In this document: one piece after another, positions 49,401 to 62,464 of the stretch
Layout: every line of letters starts with the position of its first letter
How positions within the stretch are numbered: the first letter of the stretch is position 1
Assembly: GCA_015680685.1 (NCBI GenBank)
Contig: MNCI01000491.1
Location: 48,335-112,334 of the forward strand
Direction of reading: 5' to 3'
Length of the DNA: 64,000 nucleotides
Source of the DNA: Gnetum montanum
Lineage: Eukaryota > Plantae > Gnetophyta
The notes under the pieces: generated by a model
Told to the model about the DNA's origin: nothing
Database searches by the model: none
The model's input: only the letters and a program-made list of their open reading frames with translations
Made by a program: the position numbers and the translations under genes

Positions 49401-50272
49401 GTAGGATGCTTGTTGAGTGTACTATTGTAAAGGTTGTTACACATGCTGCCATTACATGTGTTGTGCCTAGGGCACAAAGACAGGGCCCCACCACATGGTT
49501 GTGGCTTCAGCTATCATAGGGGATGCCACAGAGACAGGTGGGATGTACGATGCCTGACCCACATGTGGCTAGAACATTAGCATTGTGTGCACGTAGGGCT
49601 AAGTTGGCATCATGGATGCCAAAATAGAGGATTGCATAAACTATGCTAAAACCACAAAGGGTAGGGTAACAAATATTCCTACACCCTAATGTGTATGCAC
49701 TTGATGGCTTACCATAATGGGCATTAGTCTAGGTGGTGACAAGGGAGATGTTGCTGCCTCAAAGAAGGAAAATGGCTGATACTATGAAGGTGCGACATTA
49801 GACGTGGGTGGAAGGAAAGAGACATACAATGGATTCTCATTTTTTGAGTGAGCCTCAAATTCTTCTTTCCCATCCTATAGGGGCTTGTCATAGTTAATTG
49901 TTGCATTATGCTTGTTTGACCCACTTAGTCAAATGAGTTGGTCGAGCATCCATCGAAAGGTCTCGATGAGGGGGAGGAGATCATTAGGGGTAGGGAATTA
50001 CTTCCTCCCATTCTGATGTATGAGCTCATAACCTCACTTTGCCTCCAACTCTTAGTGATCTAAGGGAATGCCTACATGGAGCTTTGCATAAAGGAAGTTG
50101 TATTTGTCTTTGTCAAGCATCATGTGCTTGGGAGATTGGTTACAGAGCCTAAGGGGTTGCCTTTCCATGAAGATGGGCCTTCCAACTCTAGGGATGTCAT
50201 TGTAAATCCTTGCTAGACAAGTTAAACAATGACTGCACCTAAGGTAGATGTTAAAGGCTCTTCAGGATTCAT
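46500..50272 (-). pseudogene. gag: E3 gag-protease
   Basis: Starts MNPEEP (E1: MNPVNT); gag core at ~48700-49200; HVDDRVVTNV..MPGFNLILERSWL. Confidence 0.85.
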
Positions 50273-50673
50273 GCTACTATGAAAAAATGCAAAAGGTGCA
50301 ACGCTGGAAAAGAAGCAGTTAAGTATAATAAGTGATGAAAATGGCTAAGTATAGAAATGTTAAAATGATAGCCAAGTCTGAGAGTGTTGCTAGAAAAAGT
50401 ATCTAACTCTGGTGCTACACTAGAGCTTGCTACACTCTTATGCTAGGGGCAACCTATGCTCTTCCTAGCACATAGATTTTAGGATCCAAGTGCAAGAGAT
50501 ACACTTTGGCTTCTGTCCTACGGGGTTCTAGGGGAACCGACAACTAGGACCAATCTACACCAACTAGATTGTAGAAAACCATAGGGGTGTCATGTCTATG
50601 ATAGTTCAAAGCTAGTAACAGAGGTGCAGAGAGCACATGTGACTCCCACTAAATGTAGAAGGAAATGGTAAGG

Positions 50674-50690
50674 CCCTCCTTCTAGCACTA
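50674..50690 (-). other. E3 PBS, tRNA-Asn type
   Basis: Minus strand TAGTGCTAGAAGGAGGG, 6 nt from the LTR. Confidence 0.78.
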
Positions 50691-50696
50691 GAAAAC

Positions 50697-52423
50697 TGTC
50701 ATGATAAAAAATGTCAACAAATGGAACGTTAAGGGGTTTATAGGCACACAGCCTCGACCCCACCTCCGCGTGAGGACCTTTGTTGGGAAATGGAGGTGGA
50801 GTGCCCTAGATAGTCTTGTCAATCGAATAGGGACTTTGCCGACTACAACCAAGGTATCAGGCATGACCAAGGGGTGGAGTGGTTAGCCAAAAACATGATC
50901 ACTAATGGTGTTTTTGGTAGTACCGAGGCCAACTAGTCCTAAGCGTAGAAAGGTCTCTCGGCACAAGAACAATGATGCAAGTGTGCAAAAAACATGTAAA
51001 ATAATGAAAAAATGTGAATGTGATACTGAACGTCAAAAAAAAGTGCCTGAGATGTAATGAAGGAAATGCTTAAAATGCAACGGAGTTTGAGAGAAGGAAA
51101 GAATGGTACCACCCTGGATGGGGAGTGTAACAATTGCAAATGAGCTTTGTAGAGGTGCATGGTGTATAGACAGGCACAATAGTAGTGTAGTCAAAGTCTC
51201 TAGGGTGTCTTGGGATGAAGACTAACATCTATTGCAAGGTCTGTGCCTACTGGGTTAACTACCATGGTGTCTTGTAGGCTTGCAGTGCACTGCAGTGCTG
51301 AGTGGGATGCAAAGGTGCTGCCAAGGTCCTAATACACTCTAATGTACAGGGTGCTCAAGGTGCTTTGGGTGCCAAACAGTGCTCTAAGATGCTAAGTGTG
51401 GCTTGGATTTGCTAACCAAATGCTTCAAATGCCCAACGCTAGAATGAATTTCCAACCCCTAGAGCATGGAATATCAGGGTATTTATAGGCTTAGGGTTGG
51501 CATGAAGTGTGAATTAAGTGCCACGTGGTGAAGGGGTAGGTAGGGCTACACTAACCTTTGCTATGCTCCCACTAGAGCAACTGGTGCTATAGTTTGATAT
51601 GCTCCCTTGGACCCTGAGAGACTACCAAACTGGCTATGCTACTAAGACTGCATGTGCCAAGATCGTAATGTACCTGCAAATAGTGAAAAATAGTGCAATT
51701 TGGAGGCTATGCTTTGGGACTAAGTTCTTCCCTCTTTCGAGCAGGATTAAGCATAGGTACAATTTTTGGACATGTAGGGGGATATGAAAAGAGTGTAAGT
51801 TGTTGATCCTACTTGCCATAGGAGTGCTGGAGCTAAAATAAAGACCTGTGCTGAGCTTTGGAAGCTTTTGGAGGTAGTTCCTTGTTGCAATGCTAACCAC
51901 GCTTTGGAGTGTAGCATAATGGTTAGGCAATTCTTGCAAAAACTGAAGTCTAATGTTGCTATGCTAGAGAACTTAGCAAGATGAGACAAAGTGTAGCATG
52001 GAAACTTAGAAAAATCTAGCAAAAATTGTAGTCCTTGTTCTTGCTACTCTGGATACACTCAAGAGTGTAACAAGAAGGGTAGCTTCAGAAGTTAGATCTA
52101 TCAAATGCTTCTTCCATGTTGAGCTAGCTTAACAACTTTTGGCTTGACACTAGTGCAGACTGGCCACTAGAGTGTTGCTATGCTTGCTATACTAGAGAGC
52201 GTAGCAAGAGGGATGTGAGCATAGCAAGACACTTAGAAAAATTTCTACAACTGTTGTTAACACTTCGAAAATTTTGCAAATCTAGTTGTGTTGTATGCTA
52301 CACTTTAGAGCATAGCCCTAGTAACAAGATCATGGGCCAAACACTTAGAAAACTTTTGCCTTATGTTGACACTTAAACAAATTTCCCATCGAAGTGCTAT
52401 TGCCCAAATTTGGTGGTGTTTCA
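50697..52423 (-). repeat. E3 5' LTR (1727 bp)
   Basis: Minus strand TGAAACACCACC...GACA; flanked by TSD and PBS. Confidence 0.9.
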
Positions 52424-53322
52424 GTAGATATATACAAAAATTAATTATACATAAAATTAATTATTTCTAAAATAAGTTACCAAATTCTAACATTGCTTAA
52501 TAAATATGGTATTAAAATAAAAATAATTTTATTTTATAAATATTAATTAATAAGCAACTTTATGCATTTCTAAATGAATTACCAAAATTTTAAAATCCAT
52601 AAAAATTTTGGTAATTTTAATCACCAACCAATATTTTAGAAATGCCAAAACATTAATTTGGAAGAATTAAATCAATTCTAGCATACAATTATTTTTCAAA
52701 CTTTTATCTAATCTAAATGACAAAATTTTGAATTTTACAAAATTCGAAAAATTTTATTTTGCATGATTCCAAAACAAAATATGCAAATTTATACAAAAAA
52801 AAAGTTTAAAATTTTAATTTTTAAAAAATTTCAAAAATTGACTCCATAAAATGATGTGTCATTTTGGCAAAGCACTGTGTGTTTCATAATTTCAAAACAT
52901 CATGTCATTTAGCTATTGTAAAATCAACATCGTTTTAAAGCTTCCTTAAATGCAAATCTATACCCCTCGAAATGACATCATTTTGATCTTGCTTAAAAAA
53001 TGAGTTGTCATTTTGTTCAAAATGACTGTAGCCTTCAACCATGTCCTTTAGAAATACGACATGTTTTCAACCTTTGACCTAGTCAATTTGACCCATTTTT
53101 AACCTAGTTGCCAACCTGGTTGTTTTTTCTCATTTTAGCATCATTTTTGATGTTTCAAATCATAGAATTGTTGGAAATTTAATTTCCTAATGATTTCTAA
53201 CATTAATTTTCACAAATAATTGTTGAAAAATAAATTCTACAAATTTAAACCATTGTTGAAAACTTTGTTAACAGAAACCTCATCCAAACAAGTTCTAAGC
53301 ATCAAGACAGAGACCTAACCTA

Positions 53323-53334
53323 GCTCTAATATCA
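53323..53334 (-). other. Degenerate tRNA-iMet PBS of the copia host
   Basis: Minus strand TGATATTAGAGC versus consensus TGGTATCAGAGC; 2 nt from the LTR edge at 53337. Confidence 0.65.
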
Positions 53335-54649
53335 TATGTAAGAAAATTTAATGTAAAACATTGATCAAAATGTGCATATAACCAAATTGCAAAAAATCAT
53401 CAAAATGTAGAAATAGACCAAAAACTGACCTCTAGTCATTGATGCTCTCATTTGGACTACATGAACGTGTTTCAAAGAGTGTTTTGGATTCTTCTATCAT
53501 ACTAACGCTTAACAATGATGGTGTATATAGACTCTGAGTGTTTGTGATAGGGACCAAAATCTATAACACTATCGTGAGTTTGATATATTCTAGTGCAAGA
53601 TTTGTTCTCCCATCAAGAACATTTTATAGGCTAGAAAAAAATTACCAAGGATTAACTTCTAGTTTGAATGTAAAATATGAGATCATTCATGTGAAAATTG
53701 TTATAAAAAATTAAAACAGTTTCAAATTTTAACCGTTTGTTTTCCATAATGTGTAAATTGTTAGAATACCATCACTCCTACTGCTGACCATAAAAGGAAT
53801 CATGTCTTTGCATGGTATGATTCCCATGAAAAACACACACACACATACAACACAAGAATTCAAAGCATACCCTTTAGACTAAATCATGGGTTACAAGCAC
53901 TGGTTATGGGCCTAGAAAGACATGTTACCCATGCCTAAAGGCACTCCTCTAACTAAGGTCCTATTTACTTTCTTCTTCTCTTTTCTTCTTATCTTGAAGT
54001 GGTGATGCTTGTCCTTTGGAGTTTTCCTACACTTGCGATCAATGTTTCAAGGGGTATATGTCAATGTGAGATCACTGGAATGGAATGGACCTGATCTTTA
54101 GTTGGAATGGATGGATATCAGATCATCTTAATCATGAATTCCACCAAGAATCTTTTGCAACTAGGATGCTAATAATATCTTCCATATTCTTTCTCTACCA
54201 TTTATTCATTCATGGCTTACCACCTTACTACCTCATATCCTAGGGAACTATTTAATTTGTTGCCAAATCATATAAACCTTAAACAATTATCTGCAAATGT
54301 GGGATTTAACTTCATACTAACCATTCATCATTCTTGGGGCCCACAAACCTCTATGATGAAGGTATTCAAGGACACGTGATACATCTACCTACTTTGGGAA
54401 GGACCCACTTACATTCCTTTGGTTTCCCTAATGTTAAATTTCCTACCATAGGTCATTAGTTTAATCCTTCATTTGAGTAGCATTAAAAACATTTAGTTTT
54501 TCTTTATTTGACACCCCAACTTCATCCAAATTCCACTCTAATCACTTCTTGTAAGCCTAACTAACCCTCTTCTATATTATTATGATTATTCTCCACCTTT
54601 ATAGCTTTCATTGACCTCTTGTCTTGTCCTCAAAATTGTACGATCCTTC

Positions 54650-57600
54650 TTAGAGCTAGCACCAAAAGAGGTCCACATGCAATTGCAAGGATCTCCCATG
54701 TAGCCCATTCTCTCTAATAATAGAGACTGGTACATGGGAAAGACCTACATGTTTTGGAACAACCAATAAGAAGATGCGTTAGTGAAAATTAAAGGCATCA
54801 CAATCTTCTACTTAGTTGAGACCATTACGAAGGCCCTTGGTTTGCACAACATAGGGGAAAAATTGTTAGAAATCTCACCGTAAGAAAACCTAGAAGTTAA
54901 AAAGGAGTAGGGTAAGCAGCACTATGGGGTAGATTGTAAGAAGTATGGTCCTCTCACAAAGGGCAAGAAAGCATACTTTAAAATTGCAACTTATCATCTA
55001 AACCCAACAATGAGGCCTAATAAAGTTACAGCTTTCTCTACCTAAGCATGTGCTACTTTGAGTGGAAAGGTCCTAGTCAACCTTCCCCAACACATTTTTC
55101 TAGAGATTGAGAAACATTTTAAGGAAAATGAAAAGGGAAGAAAGATATTACCCTTTCCATGTCTCATCTGTAGTTGTGAAAAAGACAAAGAATAACTTGC
55201 TATTCCAGTGATGTGGTCCATCATGTTCCTGTTGCATCTTGGCATGAAATGATGAAAGACAAGGGAAAAGCTAAGCTACAAGAAGAGGAGTAGCCCCCAC
55301 CATCACTTGTAACCCTAGGGACTACACCATAGGTGCTAACAACTACCAAAAGAATCAAAACATTTTGGGAATAGCAACTACAATAACAATAAAGCTCTAG
55401 AGTTGGTGTGAAGTCCTCTATTTACCATTTAGCCATGAGTCATTTCAATGAGGTTGCAAAAATCATTAGCTAGTTGGATAGTGAAATAGCCTCACTCTTA
55501 TTAGTGCAAAGGAATGAGGCATCCACGAGGCCCAATCCAAGTGCTAGGGAGATCATAATGTTCATTCCTAAACAAAAATTCCTTAAGATTTTAGGAAATG
55601 CTACAACCTTCTCTATCATGTTGGAGGAAGGTGAGGGCACAAGGTGGGGGTTGATAAGGTAGTGAAGTTGTCAATGCTCCTACAACATTATTACATGACA
55701 TTACCACAATGGCTGACATTAATATGTCCGTAAGAGTAGGTAGTGATCAAATGAGCACTACCTAACAAAAGAAGCTATTAGAGAGACTACTTAGAGTTGG
55801 GCAATCACTTCTAAAGATATTTGATCTTTCAAATGAAATCACCACAACCCAATCATAGTTGCTTGAGAAAAGGGGCAAGTTGTTGACTATCAACACATAA
55901 TTGGAGGAAGCCACCTTAGACAATCAATGGTTGGCCACTAAAGTGACTGAGTTGTAAGCTCATCTATCTAAACCTACCATTTCTAGGCCTGAGCTTACAA
56001 GAGATGAAGCTTTCTAATAACTTTAATTGAAACTCCAAGAGGTTGAGAATGCAAAGGAAGCTAAAGTTTTCAACATATCCTTTTTAGAAGCCATGGCTAA
56101 GAACACTAATAAGGACATTGATGAATGGCGAGGTACCCCTACACTCAACCATACGAATATGAGCATTACATGCGTGATCTGGTTGAACTCCACAGATAGA
56201 CTAGTTGTGGTATCTAGACAGTTAGCCTTAGGTCGCAGTTCACTATCTTCCCACCTAGACTAGTATTAGCTTTATCACGTATGGTTTAGTCCAAGGTGAG
56301 GTGTATGATGTGTTTCTATACTAATGCTACTTCTGAAGACGATGGAAGATAATATTATCTAAGCTAAGAGAGAAAGGGTGAGAGAGAATCTAACTAGCCT
56401 AAGTGTGATGAGCATCCATTCCTTGATTATCCATACACATCTTGGACTTCATGCACGACTACCACTCGGATTACCAAGCACAAATCCTAGGTACACTACT
56501 GGGTTACCAAATAGTCACACTTAAATGCTTGTAATCAAGTCGTACTCATTCCGCATTTAAAAGGAGTTTAAGGGTGAAGAGAGATTAACTAGGAAAGCAG
56601 TAAATAGCAATTAAATAAATAAATGATTAAACTAAGTGAATGCTACAATGATGAAGTAATCTCGATCTTTATTTCTGGTCATGTGCATGTCCAAGTACAT
56701 CACACTCGAATAAAGGATGTCGTACAATTACATTCAACACACTGCAAGCATACACTGGAAGGAAAAGGGTTGAGAGGAAAAACAGAAACTAAAATCAAAA
56801 CTTAACACTAAAAACTAATGACTTCCTGATGGAACTGTCTACCTCTTATTTATAGATGAGGAGACAGGCTACGATATCGTGTATGCAATATCGTGGCTAG
56901 GCATGGGATATCGCAGTGTACAAAAATGCGACTCATCAAACATGTCATAGGTTCACAAAGAAAACTTAATCCTCACAAAGGATAACCACCACCTACAGAA
57001 TGTTGGGCAACAAAAGAACTAGATGGTCGAATTCATATGGCAGCAGCATGAGTAGCTCGCAAAGATTAACTTGGATCATAGGAGGATGGTAGCAAAAACT
57101 CACAATCTCTTAGTGGAGAAAGTCTAAGCTCTTCACCAAATGACCACAATTAAGATAGCCACTTAGATTAATGAGACCCTAAAGTTCCACTGTGTGAAAA
57201 TTTACTATAAAAGCTAGGTTGGGCTACTCAATGAAGTTAATGAAAAGGAAATCTAATTAACAAAGGCGAAGATGAACAAGGCCCTCCAACAAGTCCAACA
57301 ATGAGATGATGTATGGTAGCCCATCTTTGATGAACTAAATGCATACAAGAAGGTGGAGATTTTCCTAAAGGAGTTGTAAATTGAATAGATAATAGAGTAT
57401 ACGAAGATTGCTAATCTTAGTTATGCAAACTTGATAATGTTGATAGTGGGGAGGTTGAGGACTCGATTGGAGAAGCAAGTTACTAGTTCCTACCTTCTTT
57501 ATGAGCCAAAATTTAAGCTTCACAAAGAGATCAAACAAAAGTTGGAGATAGCCAACGTGGAGCTTAAAGTTCTCATGAGCAAATTCACTTATCAATAGTT

Positions 57601-57925
57601 TGTTGCTAAGAACCTAATAAAATAGATGAATGACTATCAATAGATGTAGAATCTAGTAAAGACATTAGACATTAAACATAAGTAATTCATAGCCTAGTTT
57701 ATCAATGCAAAGGAAATGTTTCTTTCAATACCATGCCTGTGGGATATCCCTACACCAATTCACATTGGTAAAGCTACTTGGACCATCTATGATCCATGGA
57801 GCATGGAGGAAAAGATGAAAGCACTTCTAGATGCTTTCAAGCTTCCAATGGTAACAATAATAGCAACAAGTCAACCTCAACCTCCAATAACACCAAGACA
57901 AGATGAAGGACCATCAGAGCCATAG
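54650..57925 (+). pseudogene. Very decayed retrotransposon accessory ORF (plant-transposon/Athila env-like type domain, then charged region), interrupted by a solo LTR
   Basis: Fragments LVKIKGITIFYLVETITKALGL and LSGKVLVNLPQHIFLEI...KILPFPCLI at ~54780-55175; boundaries approximate. Confidence 0.5.
56119..56938 (-). mobile_element. Solo LTR (820 bp), Athila-like, related to the 62465-63394 LTR
   Basis: TGATGA...CTCATCA termini; both ends match the reverse complement of 62465-63394; TSD GACAT/AACAT (4/5). Confidence 0.85.
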
Positions 57926-58188
57926 GAGCTTGCCCCTCCAAGCACTATCTAAGAATTCATCATAACTTTGGCTATCTTACAGGCATTTACTGAAATTATA
58001 CAAAGTGTCCAATTTTATTGTAATGGGCACTCACTTTTTATAAAAAAGTACAATCTAGCACTTAGAGTTATTTAGAGTTACTCAGTCTATCTTCTCATTA
58101 ATAAATTACATACTTCCCTAAATTTTGTAAGAGGCTCGATCCTAATTTTATTCACTTGAGTATGAGTTTTCAGTCAATCATCGGGGTA

Positions 58189-59082
58189 TGATGAAATGTC
58201 AATAAAACAGGCTATGTCACTACATACTTGTCAATGCAGCCCTATCAACATATTCCCATAGATGCATGGTAGGATGTGTTGATGTAAATACATCAACACT
58301 AATGTAGTTATTACCTATATAAATGCACTTAACCCTTGCTTTTATGGCACCTTTTGGTCATAGAGTTAGCTAAATTCTTGTAGTTTCTTCTTTCCAGAGT
58401 TAGAATATTTTCCTTTAAGTGCCCACAGCATGGATATATGAGATTATATGGAATTTTATTTGAGTTCTCATGTACCTAAACACATTCACATGATCAACAT
58501 TGAAATTGAGATTTCCTATATCCATTGCAACACTTAGAATGGTTTACTATTTCCTTTCAGTACTTTACTTTACTTTATACAGAATTTAATTCCATGTTCT
58601 TAGTTAATTAATATGATTAATCATAAGTATGTGAGTATGACCACTTTGAGCATAACATACTAATGTTTGGTTATCCTAGTAGTGGGTACTTGGTACACCT
58701 AGTATTATACACTTAGTAACCTAACACGTTCGTAAAAGTTCACGATGTGTATAGTAAGTGGGAATGGTTGCTTCACGTTAGGTTAGCTTACTTAGGAATT
58801 AGTTATTAAATTTAATTACTAAATCTATATTTCATCATTAAGCAATTAGGAGAAATTATAATAAAAATAGTTATAAAAATACATATCTTATGTCTTAATC
58901 ACACTTAACCATACATATAGTTATACAAAAGTGTGAATTAAGAAGACAACAACTTGCAACTTCACTATTTACTATTAGGAATATTGGCTACTTAGTTAAC
59001 TAAATCTATGCAATTTGATTGGGTCATTGACGAACAATTATAATTCATATGGTTTGGCATAGGGAATACCTACTACTCATCA
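58189..59082 (+). repeat. Athila-like LTR relic (no PBS or TSD seen); an extra LTR-end copy terminates at 59438
   Basis: TGATGAA...CTACTCATCA termini; shares cctatataaatgca and ttccagagttaga blocks with the 60171 LTR. Confidence 0.65.
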
Positions 59083-60170
59083 AAATTGTGATCAAGTTGT
59101 GATATGTCAAAAATTGAGAAAAAATTAGCTTGTCATCATCTAGCAACAAACTTGTGACTAGTTATATTTATTAATTACAATCTCAAATTAGTTAGATTAA
59201 TTTGTTATATTTAATAGTATTTAATTAGTGATTGAGAAATATCAGTTATCATGTATCTTAGCTATACTGAACTATCTATATTAAGAGCTACTATGTGTAT
59301 AATTGGGAAGTCAAAAACCTACTATCTCATGTTTAAGTGTTGAAATACCACACTAGTTCTATCTATGAATTATAACATAGTCTACTATGACACTTGTAGA
59401 TCATATGGTTGAGAATTGGGAACTCTCACTACTCATCAAAATGAAATAAGATTTTATGAGAACAATATTTATGTGAAAAAACATCATTTTCTATTATCTA
59501 ATCCAAAAAGTTTGTATTCAATCTATAATTTCTACATATACTAACAATATGCCACATAAGGTAGGATATGTCATGTATAATAACCTTACGAAGCATTACA
59601 TTATGCCATCAAAAAGAATTCTTCCAAAAACATCACTGTTAGTCAAAAATGATTAACCAACATATGAAAAGGAGAAACCACAACCCTTGTTGATAGTTTT
59701 GTATTACGAATAACACCAAAATAAATGCAAACAAAAGCAATCATTGAAAATGTATGTTAGTAAATAATGCTTAAACCTAGCTTAGGGAGAAAATGGTGGA
59801 GCAATATAGCTAGTATGGAATATCTAGATTATTAACTACTATTATATAGAAATCAAGCCAAGTACAAATGTATGCAACCAAAAATAAAGGGAAAACAATT
59901 TTTTTTTACATAATATTTCCAAGTAATGTTATGTTTCAACTATGTTGGTGATGAACAATAGAGTAGACCTTACATCCAACCATACAAATCACAAGTGTGA
60001 ATGTGCAATATAGTCAAATTTTGTAGATTGAAACTAGTTTAGATGTCTAGAAAAATAAATGTTAGATCATTGATCACTATCTTTCTGATCAAACTTGTGT
60101 GCATTTAATTCATATGGTTAAGTATGAGTGAGATACATGATTGAAATATTATTATTTAAAATATTAAAAT

Positions 60171-62464
60171 TGATGAATTGTTGCAAGTTTGACTGCATTA
60201 ACATGATCCCATTGACACGTACCCATCAACACATGATTTCATGCATCAACCCATACACGTCAATGGAGTGTCTAGTTTTGCCTATATAAATGCATGCACC
60301 CATAGCATTTATGGCATTCATTGATTGATAGCTTGGTTGAACTCTTGCATTCTGGTTTCTTCCAGAGTTAGATTATTTTCTAAGTGCCAACAATAAGAGT
60401 GAGAAGTGTACAAATACTTATTCAAGCATCGATGTACCTGGACACCTCGGTATGAATGGTAATAAAGACAAGCTTTCTTCACAAACCTTCCAACACTTAA
60501 ACTTAGTGCAATATTTATTTTAATGAATTTATGATTCATGCAATTTATGTTCAAGAATTTAAGTAATTAATTGAATTTAGATAATTGATACAAATAAGTA
60601 CGACCATCTCAAGGATACAATTAATACTTAATAATTCTAGTAGCACTTAACACTTGGTAAGCTAGTAGCATTGCAATGTGTTCAAGATGTGTATGGCAAA
60701 TGAGAACAAATACTTATTTTAGGATTAGTTAAAACATTCATTAGTTATTAGATTAATTAAACAATTAATTTATTTATTTTTGGCATTCAGGAAAATTAAA
60801 AGAAAAGCATAAAAATGATAAAAAATCATATGCCTCAGTTACACTTAACCATGCCACTACACTTCACAAGTGGAATTGGGAAGACAACGATCACATCTTT
60901 GAGATTCACTGCCTAGGCAAACTAGACTTAGAGAGCTAAAGTCTATGGAATTCAGCCATCTAGCTTAGTGAATGCTAGTGACTTGTATGGTTGGATGTAG
61001 GAACTACCCACTACTCATCATTAGTATCGTTGCCAGGACTTTAGTTTTTGCTTGTAACCAGAAATATGCTAAACATTGCAAAGGCCATGAGGATTCCAAA
61101 AATTCATGTGAAAGATAGTTAAATTAAATGGTTGGACATGAACAATGTCCCCAAGTTCAAAGGGGAATACAATTTTGATCCACAGAACCATCTCCAAGTA
61201 TTTCATGATGCATGCACCTTACAAAACATTAGGGACAAATTGCAAAAATTAAAGTTATTCCCTATGATGCTCATCAAGGCTAAAATCTAGTATCGATCCT
61301 TAGAACCAAAATCAATTAGACAATGAAGTACAATGCTTGAGCTCTTCAATGACAAGTATCAAATGTAATTTCAAGTGTCTAATTTGAGGAATTAGATCCA
61401 AGGATGGAAGCAAGTAACACATGAATCCTTGGATGTAGCCATGGACAGATATTACTCTCTATTGCATAGAAGCCTAATACATGGCTTTTCTCAAAGGAAG
61501 GAAATCTACCATATCATATATGTGCTTAGGATAGAAATGAGGAGAACTCTTACGGTCTATTCCCAAGGGAGACCTTCAGAACTAAGAGCCCAGCAAATCC
61601 AAAGGTTGATTGAGCAAGTGGCCAAAGAAGAAGGTGAGTTAAGAAAAAGGGAAAATATAGAGGAGTACAACCAGGACCCTTCTATCCACAAAATGGAGGT
61701 TCAATTTTGTGATAATGAGGACGCACCACTTGATGAAGTGGTGTAACACAAGACCTCGCCAATACAAAAATTTGTTTCTAAAAGATTCACTAAGGTAGAC
61801 AAAATGTGGAACTCTTTGGATGAAACATTCCAAACCGCTCTCCGAATTACATAGAACTCCAAAGAACAAGGTAGTGGTTGCGACTAAAGGAGAATGAAGG
61901 AAGTTGAACATGCCCATCAAAGGGATAAGGGCAAAGTTGATATCATTGAAGAGGTTGTGGATTCTGGGACAAATGATCCTAAATAAAAACATCCTAAAGA
62001 ATGTTATCCAATTGTGTCACACTTGCAAGATCCTAGGGTGTATACACTGAATCCTAGATTGGCAAAAAGGAAAACACCCAAGTGGTTGCCTTATCCTCAA
62101 GGCAACTATAGATAGTTTCACCAACCAGCCTACTATTTGAGTGGAGCTCCACCTCAACCTCATGAGTAGTATTAGTAGTAGCAACATCCACAGTTGTGGG
62201 GGATGGTACCACCAAGGTAGCAATACCCTTACTAGCAACCAGATCAATATGGGGACTATGTTTAAAAGTTGATTTCTCTGTGTGACTCTACCAATCACAC
62301 CCCTTTCCAACACCACTACTACCCTCCTACGTATTAAAAAGCATAATCTCCAAGAATAAAATCCCCATTTTCTTATTACCCTTCTCATCCTTCTACACCT
62401 TTACCTCTACCCTCAACTTAGTTACCACTAGCTTCATCCATGCAAGATGAAATTCTAACCCAAC
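60171..62464 (+). mobile_element. 5' part of an old Athila-like element: LTR 60171-61020, degenerate tRNA-Asp PBS 61022-61038, gag relic ~61130-62460
   Basis: TGATGA...CTCATCA LTR; PBS TAGTATCGTTGCCAGGA; gag-like FKG..DPQNHLQVFHDAC..LKLFPMML..YRSLEPKSI. Confidence 0.75.

Larger units (their letters stand above)
33562..52423 (-). mobile_element. Full-length, heavily decayed Tat-like LTR retrotransposon E3 (same architecture)
   Basis: LTRs 33562-34348 and 50697-52423; TSD GTAGA (33557-33561, 52424-52428); PBS and PPT; all domains recognisable. Confidence 0.93.
32607..53954 (-). mobile_element. 5' part of an older Ty1/copia element (32607-33561 + 52424-~53954) hosting E2 and E3
   Basis: gag relic, AT-rich leader on both sides of E3, degenerate tRNA-iMet PBS at 53323-53334, LTR edge TG at 53337. 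The far LTR boundary is approximate. Confidence 0.65.

Noticed and set aside
53960-54600. Possible gag relic on the minus strand
   Set aside because: No convincing motif in the frames I read; left unassigned.
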